From the NCBI GenBank assembly GCA_964016885.1, contig OZ024743.1:377084001-377148000 (forward strand): DNA of 64,000 bases, given 5' to 3'. Shown piece by piece: positions 37,701 to 52,700 of the stretch. This stretch comes from Eledone cirrhosa (lineage: Eukaryota). The position numbers and the translations under genes are program-made. The notes under the pieces are model-generated. The model ran no database searches. It was not told the origin of the DNA and worked only from the letters and a program-made list of their open reading frames with translations. The stretch's first letter is position 1, and every line of letters starts with the position of its first letter.

Positions 37701-40700
37701 GTTGGCTATTGTAGTCTCGTCATTCAGTTGTGGACATAATGTAATCTGTTTTGGCTATTGTAGTCTCGTCATTCAGTAGTGGACATATTGTAGTTGTGTG
37801 TTGGCTATTGTAGTCTCGTCATTCAGTAGTGGTCATAATGTAATCTGTTTTGGCTATTGTAGTCTCGTCATTCAGTAGTGGTCATAACGTAGTGTGTGTT
37901 GGCTATTGTAGTCTCGTCATTCAGTAGTGGACATAATGTAGTGTGTGTTGGCTATTGTAGTCTCGTCGTTCAGTAGTGGACATAATGTAGTGTGTGTTGG
38001 CTATTGTAGTCTCGTCATTCAGTTGTGGACATAATGTAATCTGTTTTGGCTATTGTAGTCTCGTCATTCAGTAGTGGTCATAACGTAGTGTGTGTTGGCT
38101 ATTGTAGTCTCGTCATTCAGTAGTGGACATAATGTACTGTGTGTTGGCTATTGTAGTCTCGTCATTCAGTAGTGGACATAACGTAGTGTGTGTTGGCTAT
38201 TGTAGTCTCGTCATTCAGTAGTGGACATAATGTAGTGTGTGTTGGCTATTGTAGTCTCGTCGTTCAGTAGTGGACATAATGTAGTGTGTGTTGGCTATTG
38301 TAGTCTCGTCATTCAGTAGTGGACATAATGTAGTGTGTGTTGGCTATTGTAGTCTCGTCATTCAGTAGTGGACATAATGTAGTGTGAGTTGGCTATTGTA
38401 GTCTCGTCGTTCAGTAGTGGACATAATGTAGTGTGTGTTGGCTATTGTAGTCTCGTCATTCAGTAGTGGACATAATGTAGTGTGTGTTGGCTATTGGAGT
38501 CTCGTCATTCAGTAGTGGACATAATGTAGTGTGTGTTGGCTATTGTAGTCTCGTCATTCAGTTGTGGACATAATGTAATCTGTTTTGGCTATTGTAGTCT
38601 CGTCATTCAGTAGTGGACATATTGTAGTGTGTGTTGGCTATTGTAGTCTCGTCATTCAGTAGTGGACATAACGTAGTGTGTGTTGGCTATTGTAGTCTCG
38701 TCATTCAGTAGTGGACATAATGTAGTGTGTGTTGGCTATTGTAGTCTCGTCATTCAGTTGTGGACATAATGTAATCTGTTTTGGCTACTGTAGTCTCGTC
38801 ATTCAGTAGTGGACATATTGTAGTGTGTGTTGGCTATTGTAGTCTCGTCATTCAGTAGTGGACATAACGTAGTGTGTGTTGGCTATTGTAGTCTCGTCAT
38901 TCAGTAGTGGACATAATGTAGTGTGTGTTGGCTATTGTAGTCTCGTCATTCAGTAGTGGACATAACGTAGTGTGTGTTGGCTATTGTAGTCTCGTCATTC
39001 AGTAGTGGACATAATGTAGTGTGTGTTGGCTATTGTAGTCTCGTCATTCAGTAGTGGATATAATGTAGTGTGTGTTGGCTATTGTAGTCTCGTCGTTCAG
39101 TAGTGGACATAACGTAGTGTGTGTTGGCTATTGTAGTCTCGTCATTCAGTAGTGGACATAACGTAGTGTGTGTTGGCTATTGTAGTCTCGTCATTCAGTA
39201 GTGGACATAATGTAGTGTGTGTTGGCTATTGTAGTCTCGTCATTCAGTAGTGGACATAATGTAGTGTGTGTTGGCTATTGTAGTCTCGTCGTTCAGTAGT
39301 GGACATAATGTAGTCTGTGTTGGCTATTGTAGTCTCGTCATTCAGTAGTGGACATAATGTAGTCTGTGTTGGCTATTGTAGTCTCGTCATTCAGTAGTGG
39401 ACATAATGTAGTGTGTGTTGGCTTTTGTAGTCTCGTCATTCAGTAGTGGACATAATGTAGTGTGTGTTGGCTATTGTAGTCTCGTCATTCAGTAGTGGAC
39501 ATAATGTAGTGTGTGTTGGCTATTGTGGCCTCGTCATTCAGTAGTGGACATAATGTAGTGTCTGTTGGCTATTGTAGTCTCGTCATTCAGTAGTGGACAT
39601 AATGTAGTCTGTGTTGGCTATTGTAGTCTCGTCATTCAGTAGTGGACATAATGTAGTCTGTGTTGCCTATTGTAGTCTCGTCATTCAGTAGTGGACATAA
39701 TGTAGTCTGTGTTGGCTATTGTAGTCTCGTCATTCAGTAGTGGACATAATGTAGTCTGTGTTGGCTATTGTAGTCTCGTCATTCAGTAGTGGACATAATG
39801 TAATGTGTGTTGGCTATTGTAGTCTCGTCATTCAGTAGTGGACATAATGTAGTGTGTGTTGGCTATTGTAGTCTCGTCATTCAGTAGTGGACATAATGTA
39901 GTCTGTGTTGGCTATTGTAGTCTCGTCATTCAGTAGTGGACATAATGTAGTGTGTGTTGGCTATTGTAGTCTCGTCATTCAGTAGTGGACATAATGTAGT
40001 CTGTGTTGGCTATTGTAGTCTCGTCATTCAGTAGTGGACATAATGTAGTCTGTGTTGGCTATTGTAGTCTCGTCATTCAGTAGTGGACATAATGTAGTCT
40101 GTGTTGGCTATTGTAGTCTCGTCATTCAGTAGTGGACATAATGTAATGTGTGTTGGCTATTGTAGTCTCGTCATTCAGTAGTGGACATAATGTAGTCTGT
40201 GTTGGCTATTGTAGTCTCGTCATTCAGTAGTGGACATAATGTAGTCTGTGTTGGCTATTGTAGTCTCGTCATTCAGTAGTGGACATAATGTAGTGTGTGT
40301 TGGCTATTGTAGTCTCGTCATTCAGTAGTGGACATAATGTAGTCTGTGTTGGCTATTGTAGTCTCGTCATTCAGTAGTGGACATAATGTAGTCTGTGTTG
40401 GCTATTGTAGTCTCGTCATTCAGTAGTGGACATAATGTAGTCTGTGTTGGCTATTGTAGTCTCGTCATTCAGTAGTGGACATAATGTAGTCTGTGTTGGC
40501 TATTGTAGTCTCGTCATTCAGTAGTGGACATAATGTAGTGTGTGTTGGCTATTGTAGTCTCGTCATTCAGTAGTGGACATAATGTAGTCTGTGTTGGCTA
40601 TTGTAGTCTCGTCATTCAGTAGTGGACATAATGTAGTGTGTGTTGGCTATTGTAGTCTCGTCATTCAGTAGTGGACATAATGTAGTGTGTGTTGGCTATT

Positions 40701-43700
40701 CTAGTCTCGTCATTCTGTAGTGGACATAATGTAGTGTGTTGGCTATTTTAGTCTCGTCATTCAGTAGTGGACATAATGTAGTCTGTGTTGGCTATTCTAG
40801 TCTCGTCATTCTGTAGTGGACATAATGTAGTGTGTTGGCTATTGTAGTCTCGTCATTCAGTAGTGGACATAATGTAGTGTGTGTTGGCTATTGTAGTCTC
40901 GTCATTCAGTAATGGACATAATGTAGTGTGTGTTGGCTATTGTAGTCTCGTCATTCAGTAGTGGACATAATGTAGTGTGTGTTGGCTATTCTAGTCTCGT
41001 CATTCTGTAGTGGACATAATGTAGTGTGTTGGCTATTTTAGTCTCGTCATTCTGTAGTGGACATAATGTAGTGTGTGTTGGCTATTCTAGTCTCGTCATT
41101 CTGTAGTGGACATAATGTAGTGTGTTGGCTATTTTAGTCTCGTCATTCTGTAGTGGACATAATGTAGTGTGTTGGCTATTCTAGTCTCGTCATTCTGTAG
41201 TGGACATAATGTAGTGTGTTGGCTATTCTAGTCTCGTCATTCTGTAGTGGACATAATGTAGTGTGTGTTGGCTATTGTAGTCTCGTCATTCAGTAGTGGA
41301 CATAATGTAGTGTGTGTTGGCTATTGTCGTCTCGTCATTCAGTAGTGGACATAATGTAATGTGAGTTGGCTATTGTAGTCTCGTCATTCAGTAGTGGACA
41401 TAATGTAGTGTGTGTTGGCTATTGTAGTCTCGTCATTCAGTAGTGGACATAATGTAGTGTGTGTTGGCTATTGTAGTCTCGTCATTCAGTAGTGGACATA
41501 ATGTAGTGTGTGTTGGCTATTGTAGTCTCGTCATTCAGTAGTGGACATAATGTAGTGTGTGTTGGCTATTGTAGTCTCGTCATTCAGTAGTGGACATAAT
41601 GTAGTGTGTGTTGGCTATTGTAGTCTCGTCATTCAGTAGTGGACATAATGTAGTGTGTGTTGGCTATTGTAGCCTCGTCATTCAGTAGTGGACATAATGT
41701 AGTGTGTGTTGGCTAATGTAGTCTCGTCATTCAGTAGTGGACATAATGTAGTGTGTTGGCTATTGTGGCCTCGTCATTCAGTAGTGGACATAATGTAGTG
41801 TGTGTTGGCCATTGTAGTCTCGTCATTCAGTAGTGGACATAATGTAGTGTGTTGGCTATTGTGGCCTCGTCATTCAGTAGTGGACATAATGTAGTGTGTG
41901 TTGGCCATTGTAGTCTCGTCATTCAGTAGTGGACATAATGTAGTGTGTGTTGGCTATTGTGGCCTCGTCATTCAGTAGTGGACATAATGTAGTGTGTGTT
42001 GGCTATTGTAGTCTCCTCATTCAGTAGTGGACATAATGTAGTGTGTGTTGGCTATTGTAGTCTCGTCATTCAGTAGTGGCCATAATGTAGTGTGTTGGCT
42101 ATTGTAGCCTCGTCATTCAGTAGTGGACATAATGTAGTGTGTGTTGGCTAATGTAGTCTCGTCATTCAGTAGTGGACATAATGTAATCTGTGTTGGCTAT
42201 TGTAGTCTCGTCATTCAGTAGTGGACATAATGTAGTGTGTGTTGGCTATTGTGGCCTCGTCATTCAGTAGTGGACATAATGTAGTGTGTGTTGGCTATTG
42301 TAGTCTGGTCATTCAGTAGTGGACATAATGTAGTCTGTGTTGGCTATTGTGGCCTCGTCATTCAGTAGTGGACATAATGTAGTGTGTGTTGGCCATTGTA
42401 GTCTCGTCATTCAGTAGTGGACATAATGTAGTCTGTGTTGGCTATTGTGGCCTCGTCATTCAGTAGTGGACATAATGTAGTGTGTGTTGGCTATTGTAGT
42501 CTCGTCATTCAGTAGTGGACATAATGTAGTGTGTGTTGGCTATTGTAGTCTCGTCATTCTGTAGTGGACATAATGTAGTGTGTGTTGGCTATCGTAGTCT
42601 CGTCATTCAGTAGTGGACATAATGTAGTGTGTTGGCTATTGTAGTCTCGTCATTCAGTAGTGGACATAATGTAGTGTGTGTTGGCTATCGTAGTCTCGTC
42701 ATTCAGTAGTGGACATAATGTAGTGTGTGTTGGCTATTGTAGTCTCGTCATTCTGTAGTGGACATAATGTAGTGTGTGTTGGCTGTTGTAGTCTCGTCCT
42801 TCAGTAATGGACATAATGTAGTGTGTGTTGGCTATTGTAGTCTCGTCATTCTGTAGTGGACATAATGTAGTTGTGTGTTGGCTATTGTAGTCTCGTCATT
42901 CTGTAGTGGACATAATGTAGTGTGTGTTGGCTATTGTAGTCTCGTCATTCAGTAGTGGACATAATGTAGTCTGTGTTGGCTATTGTAGTCTCGTCATTCT
43001 GTAGTGGACATAATGTAGTCTGTGTTGGCTATTGTAGTCTCGTCATTCTGTAGTGGACATAATGTAGTCTGTGTTGGCTATTGTAGTCTCGTCATTCTGT
43101 AGTGGACATAATGTAGTGTGTGTTGGCTATTGTAGTCTCGTCATTCAGTAGTGGACATAATGTAGTGTGTGTTGGCTATTGTAGTCTCGTCATTCAGTAG
43201 TGGACATAATGTAGTGTGTGTTGACTATTGTAGTCTCGTCATTCAGTAGTGGACATAATGTAGTGTGTGTTGGCTATTGTAGTCTCGTCATTCAGTAGTG
43301 GACATAATGTAGTGTGTGTTGGCTATTGTAGTCTCGTCATTCAGTAGTGGACATAATGTAGTGTGTGTTGGCTATTGTAGTCTCGTCATTCAGTAGTGGA
43401 CATGATGTAGTGTGTGTTGGCTATTGTAGTCTCGTCATTCAGTAGTGGACATAATGTAGTGTGTGTTGGCTATTGTAGTCTCGTCATTCAGTAGTGGACA
43501 TAATGTAGTGTGTGTTGGCTATTGTAGTCTCGTCCTTCAGTAATGGACATAATGTAGTGTGTGTTGGCTATTGTAGTCTCGTCATTCAGTAGTGGACATA
43601 ATGTAGTCTGTGTTGGCTATCGTAGTCTCGTCATTCAGTAGTGGACATAATGTAGTGTGTGTTGGCTATTGTAGTCTCGTCATTCAGTAGTGGACATAAT

Positions 43701-46700
43701 GTAGTGTGTGTTGGCTATTGTAGTCTCGTCATTCAGTAGTGGACATAATGTAGTGTGTGTTGGCTATTGTAGTCTCGTCATTCAGTAGTGGACATAATGT
43801 AGTCTGTGTTGGCTATCGTAGTCTCGTCATTCAGTAGTGCACATAATGTAGTCTGTGTTGGCTATTGTAGTCTCGTCATTCAGTAGTGGACATAATGTAA
43901 TGTGTGTTGGCTATTGTAGTCTCGTCATTCAGTAGTGGACATAATGTAGTCTGTGTTGGCTATTGTAGTCTCGTCATTCAGTAGTGGACATAATGTATTG
44001 TGTGTTGGCTATTGTAGTCTCGTCATTCAGTAGTGGACATAATGTAGTCTGTGTTGGCTATTGTAGTCTCGTCATTCAGTAGTGGACATAATGTAATGTG
44101 TGTTGGCTATTGTAGTCTCGTCATTCAGTAGTGGACATAATGTAGTGTGTGTTGGCTATTGTAGTCTCGTCATTCAGTAGTGGACATAATGTAGTGTGTG
44201 TTGGCTATTGTAGTACGTCATTCAGTAGTGGACATAATGTAGTCTGTGTGGGCTATTGTAGTCTCGTCATTCAGTAGTGGACATAATGTGATCTGTTTTG
44301 GCTATAGTAGTCTCGTGATTCAGTAGTGGACATAATGTAGTGTGTGTTGGCTATTGTATTCTCGTCATTCTGTAGTGGACATAATGTAGTGTGTGTTGGC
44401 TATTGTGGCCTCGTCATTCAGTAGTAGACATAATGTAGTGTGTGTTGGCTATTGTAGTCTCGTCATTCAGTAGTGGACATAATGTAGTGTGTGTTGGCTA
44501 TTGTGGCCTCGTCATTCAGTAGTGGACATAATGTGATCTGTTTTGGCTATTGTAGTCTCGTCATTCAGTAGTGGACATAATGTGATCTGTTTTGGCTATT
44601 GTAGTCTCGTCATTCAGTAGTGGACATAATGTAGTGTGTGTTGGCTATTGTATTCTCGTCATTCTGTAGTGGACATAATGTAGTGTGTGTTGGCTATTGT
44701 AGTCTCGTCATTCAGTAGTGGACATGATGTAGTCTGTGTTAGCTATTGTAGTCTCGTCATTCAGTAGTGGACATAATGTAATGTGTGTTGGATATTGTAG
44801 TCTCGTCATTCAGTAGTGGACATAATGTAGTGTGTGTTGGCTATTGTAGTCTCGTCATTCAGTAGTGGACATAATGTAATCTGTGTTGGCTATTGTAGTC
44901 TCGTCATTCAGTAGTGGACATAATGTAGTGTGTGTTGGCTATTGTAGTCTCGTCATTCAGTAGTGGACATAATGTAGTGTGTGTTGGCTATTGTAGTCTC
45001 GTCATTCAGTAGTGGACATAATGTAGTGTGTGTTGGCTATTGTAGTCTCGTCATTCAGTAGTGGACATAATGTAGTGTGTGTTGGCTATTGTAGTCTCGT
45101 CATTCAGTAGTGGACATAATGTAGTGTGTGTTGGCTATTGTAGTCTCGTCATTCAGTAGTGGACATAATGTAGTGTGTGTTGGCTATTGTAGTCTCGTCA
45201 TTCAGTAGTGGACATAATGTAGTGTGTGTTGGCTATTGTAGTCTCGTCATTTTGTAGTGGACATAATGTAGTGTGTGTTGGCTATTGTAGTCTCGTCATT
45301 TTGTAGTGGACATAATGTAGTGTGTGTTGGCTATTGTAGTCTCGTCATTTTGTAGTGGACATAATGTAGTGTGAGTTGGCTATTGTAGTCTCGTCATTCA
45401 GTAGTGGACATAATGTAGTGTGAGTTGGCTATTGTAGTCTCGTCATTCAGTTGTGGACATAATGTAGTGTGTGTTGGCTATTGTAGTCTCGTCATTCAGT
45501 AGAGGACATAATGTAGTCTGTGTTGGCTATTGTAGTCTCGTCATTCAGTAGTGGACATAATGTAGTGTGAGTTGGCTATTGTAGTCTCGTCATTCAGTAG
45601 TGGACATAATGTAGTGTGAGTTGGCTATTGTAGTCTCGTAATTCAGTAGTGGACATAATGTAATGTGTGTTGGCTATTGTAGTCTCGTCATTCAGTCGTG
45701 GACATATGTAGTGTGTGTTGGCTATTGTAGTCTCGTCATTCAGTAGTGGACATAATGTAGTGTGTGTTGGCTATTGTAGTCTCGTCATTCAGTAGTGGAC
45801 ATAATGTAGTGTGTGTTGGCTATTGTAGTCTCGTCATTCAGTAGTGGACATAATGTAGTGTGTGTTGGCTATTGTAGTCTCGTCATTCAGTAGTGGACAT
45901 AATGTAGTGTGAGTTGGCTATTGTAGTCTCGTCATTCAGTAGTGGACATAATGTAGTGTGTGTTGGCTATTGTAGTCTCGTCATTCAGTAGAGGACATAA
46001 TGTAGTCTGTGTTGGCTATTGTAGTCTCGTCATTCAGTAGTGGACATAATGTAGTGTGAGTTGGCTATTGTAGTCTCGTCATTCAGTAGTGGACATAATG
46101 TAATGTGTGTTGGCTATTGTAGTCTCGTCATTCAGTCGTGGACATATGTAGTGTGTGTTGGCTATTGTAGTCTCGTCATTCAGTAGTGGACATAATGTAG
46201 TCTGTGTTGGCTATTGTAGTCTCGTCATTCAGTAGAGGACATAATGTAATGTGTGTTGACTATTGTAGTCTCGTCATTCTGTAGTGGACATAATGTAGTG
46301 TGTGTTGGCTATTGTAGTCTCGTCATTCAGTAGTGGACATAATGTAGTGTGTGTTGGATATTGTAGTCTCGTCATTCTGTAGTGGACATAATGTAGTGTG
46401 TGTTGGCTATTGTAGTCTCGTCATTCAGTAGTGGACATAATGTAGTGTGTGTTGGCTATTGTAGTCTCGTCATTCAGTAGTGGACATAATGTACTGTGTG
46501 TTGGCTATTGTAGTCTCGTCATTCAGTAGTGGACATAATGTAGTGTGTGTTGGCTATTGTAGTCTCGTCATTCAGTAGCGGACATAATGTAGTGTGAGTT
46601 GGCTATTGTAGTCTCGTCATTCAGTAGAGGACATAATGTAATGTGTGTTGGCTATTGTAGTCTCGTCATTCTGTAGTGGACATAATGTAGTGTGTGTTGG

Positions 46701-49700
46701 CTATTGTAGTCTCGTCATTCTGTAGTGGACATAATGTAGTGTGTGTTGGCTATTGTAGTCTCGTCATTCTGTAGTAGACATAATGTAGTGTGTGTTGGCT
46801 ATTGTAGTCTCGTCATTCTGTAGTGGACATAATGTAGTGTGTGTTGGCTATTGTAGTCTCCTCATTCAGTAGTGGACATATTGTAGTGTGTGTTGGCTAT
46901 TGTAGTCTCGTCATTCTGTAGTGGACATAATGTAGTGTGTGTTGGCTATTGTAGTCTCCTCATTCAGTAGTGGACATATTGTAGTGTGTGTTGGCTATTG
47001 TAGTCTCGTCATTCTGTAGTGGACATAATGTAGTGTGTGTTGGCTATTGTAGTCTCATCATTCAGTAGTGGACATAATGTAGTGTGTGTTGGCTATTGTA
47101 GTCTCCTCATTCAGTAGTGGACATATTGTAGTGTGTGTTGGCTATTGTAGTCTCGTCATTCTGTAGTGGACATAATGTAGTGTGTGTTGGCTATTGTAGT
47201 CTCGTCATTCAGTAGTGGACATATTGTAGTGTGTGTTGGCTATTGTAGTCTCGTCATTCAGTAGTGGACATATTGTAGTGTGTGTTGGCTATTGTAGTCT
47301 CATCATTCAGTAGTGGACATAATGTAGTGTGTGTTGGCTATTGTAGTCTCATCATTCAGTAGTGGACATAATGTAGTGTGTGTTGGCTATTGTAGTCTCG
47401 TCATTCAGTAGTGGACATAATGTAGTGTGTGTTCGCTATTGTAGTCTCATCATTCAGTAGTGGACATAATGTAGTGTGTGTTTGCTATTGTAGTCTCGTC
47501 ATTCAGTAGTGGACATAATGTAGTGTGTTGGCTATTGTGGCCTCGTCATTCAGTAGTGGACATAACGTAGTGTGTGTTGGCTATTGTAGTCTCGTCATTC
47601 AGTTGTGGACATAATGTAATCTGTTTTGGCTATTGTAGTCTCGTCATTCAGTAGTGGACATATTGTAGTTGTGTGTTGGCTATTGTAGTCTCGTCATTCA
47701 GTAGTGGTCATAATGTAATCTGTTTTGGCTATTGTAGTCTCGTCATTCAGTAGTGGTCATAACGTAGTGTGTGTTGGCTATTGTAGTCTCGTCATTCAGT
47801 AGTGGACATAATGTAGTGTGTGTTGGCTATTGTAGTCTCGTCGTTCAGTAGTGGACATAATGTAGTGTGTGTTGGCTATTGTAGTCTCGTCATTCAGTTG
47901 TGGACATAATGTAATCTGTTTTGGCTATTGTAGTCTCGTCATTCAGTAGTGGTCATAACGTAGTGTGTGTTGGCTATTGTAGTCTCGTCATTCAGTAGTG
48001 GACATAATGTACTGTGTGTTGGCTATTGTAGTCTCGTCATTCAGTAGTGGACATAACGTAGTGTGTGTTGGCTATTGTAGTCTCGTCATTCAGTAGTGGA
48101 CATAATGTAGTGTGTGTTGGCTATTGTAGTCTCGTCGTTCAGTAGTGGACATAATGTAGTGTGTGTTGGCTATTGTAGTCTCGTCATTCAGTAGTGGACA
48201 TAATGTAGTGTGTGTTGGCTATTGTAGTCTCGTCATTCAGTAGTGGACATAATGTAGTGTGAGTTGGCTATTGTAGTCTCGTCGTTCAGTAGTGGACATA
48301 ATGTAGTGTGTGTTGGCTATTGTAGTCTCGTCATTCAGTAGTGGACATAATGTAGTGTGTGTTGGCTATTGGAGTCTCGTCATTCAGTAGTGGACATAAT
48401 GTAGTGTGTGTTGGCTATTGTAGTCTCGTCATTCAGTTGTGGACATAATGTAATCTGTTTTGGCTATTGTAGTCTCGTCATTCAGTAGTGGACATATTGT
48501 AGTGTGTGTTGGCTATTGTAGTCTCGTCATTCAGTAGTGGACATAACGTAGTGTGTGTTGGCTATTGTAGTCTCGTCATTCAGTAGTGGACATAATGTAG
48601 TGTGTGTTGGCTATTGTAGTCTCGTCATTCAGTTGTGGACATAATGTAATCTGTTTTGGCTACTGTAGTCTCGTCATTCAGTAGTGGACATATTGTAGTG
48701 TGTGTTGGCTATTGTAGTCTCGTCATTCAGTAGTGGACATAACGTAGTGTGTGTTGGCTATTGTAGTCTCGTCATTCAGTAGTGGACATAATGTAGTGTG
48801 TGTTGGCTATTGTAGTCTCGTCATTCAGTAGTGGACATAACGTAGTGTGTGTTGGCTATTGTAGTCTCGTCATTCAGTAGTGGACATAATGTAGTGTGTG
48901 TTGGCTATTGTAGTCTCGTCATTCAGTAGTGGATATAATGTAGTGTGTGTTGGCTATTGTAGTCTCGTCGTTCAGTAGTGGACATAACGTAGTGTGTGTT
49001 GGCTATTGTAGTCTCGTCATTCAGTAGTGGACATAACGTAGTGTGTGTTGGCTATTGTAGTCTCGTCATTCAGTAGTGGACATAATGTAGTGTGTGTTGG
49101 CTATTGTAGTCTCGTCATTCAGTAGTGGACATAATGTAGTGTGTGTTGGCTATTGTAGTCTCGTCGTTCAGTAGTGGACATAATCTAGTGTGTGTTGGCT
49201 ATTGTAGTCTCGTCGTTCAGTAGTGGACATAATGTAGTGTGTGTTGGCTATTGTAGTCTCGTCATTCAGTAGTGGACATAATGTAGTGTGTGTTGGCTAT
49301 TGTAGTCTCGTCGTTCAGTAGTGGACATAATGTAGTGTGTGTTGGCTATTGTAGTCTCGTCGTTCAGTAGTGGACATAATGTAGTGTGTGTTGGCTATTG
49401 TAGTCTCGTCATTCAGTAGTGGACATAATGTAGTGTGTGTTGGCTATTGGAGTCTCGTCATTCAGTAGTGGACATAATGTAGTGTGTGTTGGCTATTGTA
49501 GTCTCGTCATTCAGTTGTGGACATAATGTAATCTGTTTTGGCTATTGTAGTCTCGTCATTCAGTAGTGGACATATTGTAGTGTGTGTTGGCTATTGTAGT
49601 CTCGTCATTCAGTAGTGGACATAACGTAGTGTGTGTTGGCTATTGTAGTCTCGTCATTCAGTAGTGGACATAATGTAGTGTGTGTTGGCTATTGTAGTCT

Positions 49701-52700
49701 CGTCATTCAGTTGTGGACATAATGTAATCTGTTTTGGCTACTGTAGTCTCGTCATTCAGTAGTGGACATATTGTAGTGTGTGTTGGCTATTGTAGTCTCG
49801 TCATTCAGTAGTGGACATAACGTAGTGTGTGTTGGCTATTGTAGTCTCGTCATTCAGTAGTGGACATAATGTAGTGTGAGTTGGCTATTGTAGTCTCGTC
49901 ATTCAGTAGTGGACATAATGTAGTGTGTGTTGGCTATTGTAGTCTCGTCATTCAGTAGTGGACATAACGTAGTGTGTGTTGTCTATTGTAGTCTCGTCAT
50001 TCAGTAGTGGACATAATGTAGTGTGTGTTGGCTATTGTAGTCTCGTCATTCAGTAGTGGACATAATGTAGTGTGTGTTGGCTATTGTAGTCTCGTCGTTC
50101 AGTAGTGGACATAACGTAGTGTGTGTTGGCTATTGTAGTCTCGTCATTCAGTAGTGGACATAACGTAGTGTGTGTTGGCTATTGTAGTCTCGTCATTCAG
50201 TAGTGGACATAATGTAGTGTTTGTTGGCTATTGTAGTCTCGTCATTCAGTAGTGGACATAATGTAGTGTGTGTTGGCTATTGTAGTCTCGTCGTTCAGTA
50301 GTGGACATAATCTAGTGTGTGTTGGCTATTGTAGTCTCGTCGTTCAGTAGTGGACATAATGTAGTGTGTGTTGGCTATTGTAGTCTCGTCATTCAGTAGT
50401 GGACATAATGTAGTGTGTGTTGGCTATTGTAGTCTCGTCGTTCAGTAGTGGACATAATGTAGTGTGTGTTGGCTATTGTAGTCTCGTCGTTCAGTAGTGG
50501 ACATAATGTAGTGTGTGTTGGCTATTGTAGTCTCGTCATTCAGTAGTGGACATAATGTAGTGTGTGTTGGCTATTGTAGTCTCGTCGTTCAGTAGTGGAC
50601 ATAATGTAGTGTGTGTTGGCTATTGTATCTCGTCATTCAGTAGTGGACATAATGTAGTGTGTGTTGGCTATTGTAGTCTCGTCGTTCAGTAGTGGACATA
50701 ATGTAGTGTGTGTTGGCTATTGTAGTCTCGTCGTTCAGTAGTGGACATAATGTAGTGTGTGTTGGCTATTGTAGTCTCGTCATTCAGTAGTGGACATAAC
50801 GTAGTGTGTGTTGGCTATTGTAGTCTCGTCATTCAGTAGTGGACATAATGTAGTGTGTGTTGGCTATTGTAGTCTCGTCATTCAGTAGTGGACATAATGT
50901 AGTGTGTGTTGGCTATTGTAGTCTCGTCATTCAGTAGTGGACATAATGTAGTGTGTGTTGGCTATTGTAGTCTCGTCGTTCAGTAGTGGACATAATGTAG
51001 TGTGTGTTGGCTATTGTAGTCTCGTCATTCAGTAGTGGACATAACGTAGTGTGTGTTGGCTATTGTAGTCTCGTCATTCAGTAGTGGACATAACGTAGTG
51101 TGTGTTGGCTATTGTAGTCTCGTCATTCAGTAGTGGACATAATGTAGTCTGTGTTGGCTATTGTAGTCTCGTCGTTCAGTAATGGACATAATGTAGTGTG
51201 TGTTGGCTATTGTAGTCTCGTCATTCAGTAGTGGACATAATGTAGTGTGTGTTGGCTATTGTAGTCTCGTCATTCAGTAGTGGACATAATGTAGTGTGTG
51301 TTGGCTATTGTAGTCTCGTCATTCAGTAGTGGACATAATGTAGTGTGTGTTGGCTATTGTAGTCTCGTCATTCAGTAGTGGACATAATGTAGTGTGTGTT
51401 GGCTATTGTAGTCTCGTCATTCAGTAGTGGACATAATGTAGTGAGTGTTGGCTATTGTAGTCTCGTCATTCAGTAGTGGACATAACGTAGTGTGTGTTGG
51501 CTATTGTAGTCTCGTCATTCAGTAGTGGTCATAACGTAGTGTGTGTTGGCTATTGTAGTCTCGTCATTCAGTAGTGGACATAATGTAGTGTGTGTTGGCT
51601 ATTGTAGTCTCGTCATTCAGTAGTGGACATAATGTAGTGTGTGTTGGCTATTGTAGTCTCGTCGTTCAGTAGTGGACATAATGTAGTGTGTGTTGGCTAT
51701 TGTAGTCTCGTCATTCAGTAGTGGACATAATGTAGTGTGTGTTGGCTATTGTAGTCTCGTCATTCAGTAGTGGACATAATGTAGTGTGTGTTGGCTATTG
51801 TAGTCTCGTCATTCAGTAGTGGACATAATGTAGTGTGTGTTGGCTATTGTAGTCTCGTCATTCAGTAGTGGACATAATGTAGTGTGTGTTGGCTATTGTA
51901 GTCTCGTCGTTCAGTAGTGGACATAATGTAGTGTGTGTTGGCTATTGTAGTCTCGTCATTCAGTAGTGGACATAATGTAGTCTGTGTTGGTTATTGTAGT
52001 CTCGTCATTCAGAAGTGGACATAATGTAGTGTGTGTTGGCTATTGTAGTACGTCATTCAGTAGTGGACATAATGTAGTCTGTGTTGGTTATTGTAGTCTC
52101 GTCATTCAGAAGTGGACATAATGTAGTGTGTGTTGGCTATTGTAGTCTCGTCATTCAGTAGTGGACATAATGTAGTCTGTGTTGGTTATTGTAGTCTCGT
52201 CATTCAGAAGTGGACATAATGTAGTGTGTGTTGGCTATTGTAGTCTCGTCATTCAGTAGTGGACATAATGTAGTGTGTGTTGGCTATTGTAGTCTCGTCA
52301 TTCAGTAGTGGACATAATGTAGTGTGTGTTGGCTATTGTAGTCTCGTCATTCAGTAGTGGACATAACGTAGTGTGTGTTGGCTATTGTAGTCTCGTCGTT
52401 CAGTAGTGGACATAATGTAGTGTGTGTTGGCTATTGTAGTCTCGTCATTCAGTAGTGGACATAATGTAGTGTGTGTTGGCCATTGTAGTCTCGTCATTCA
52501 GTAATGGACATAATGTAATGTGTGTTGGCTATTGTAGTCTCGTCATTCAGTAGTGGACATAATGTAATGTGTGTTGGCTATTGTAGTCTCGTCATTCAGT
52601 AGTGGACATAATGTAATGTGTGTTGGCTATTGTAGTCTCGTCATTCAGTAGTGGACATAATGTAGTGTGTGTTGGCTATTGTAGTCTCGTCGTTCAGTAA

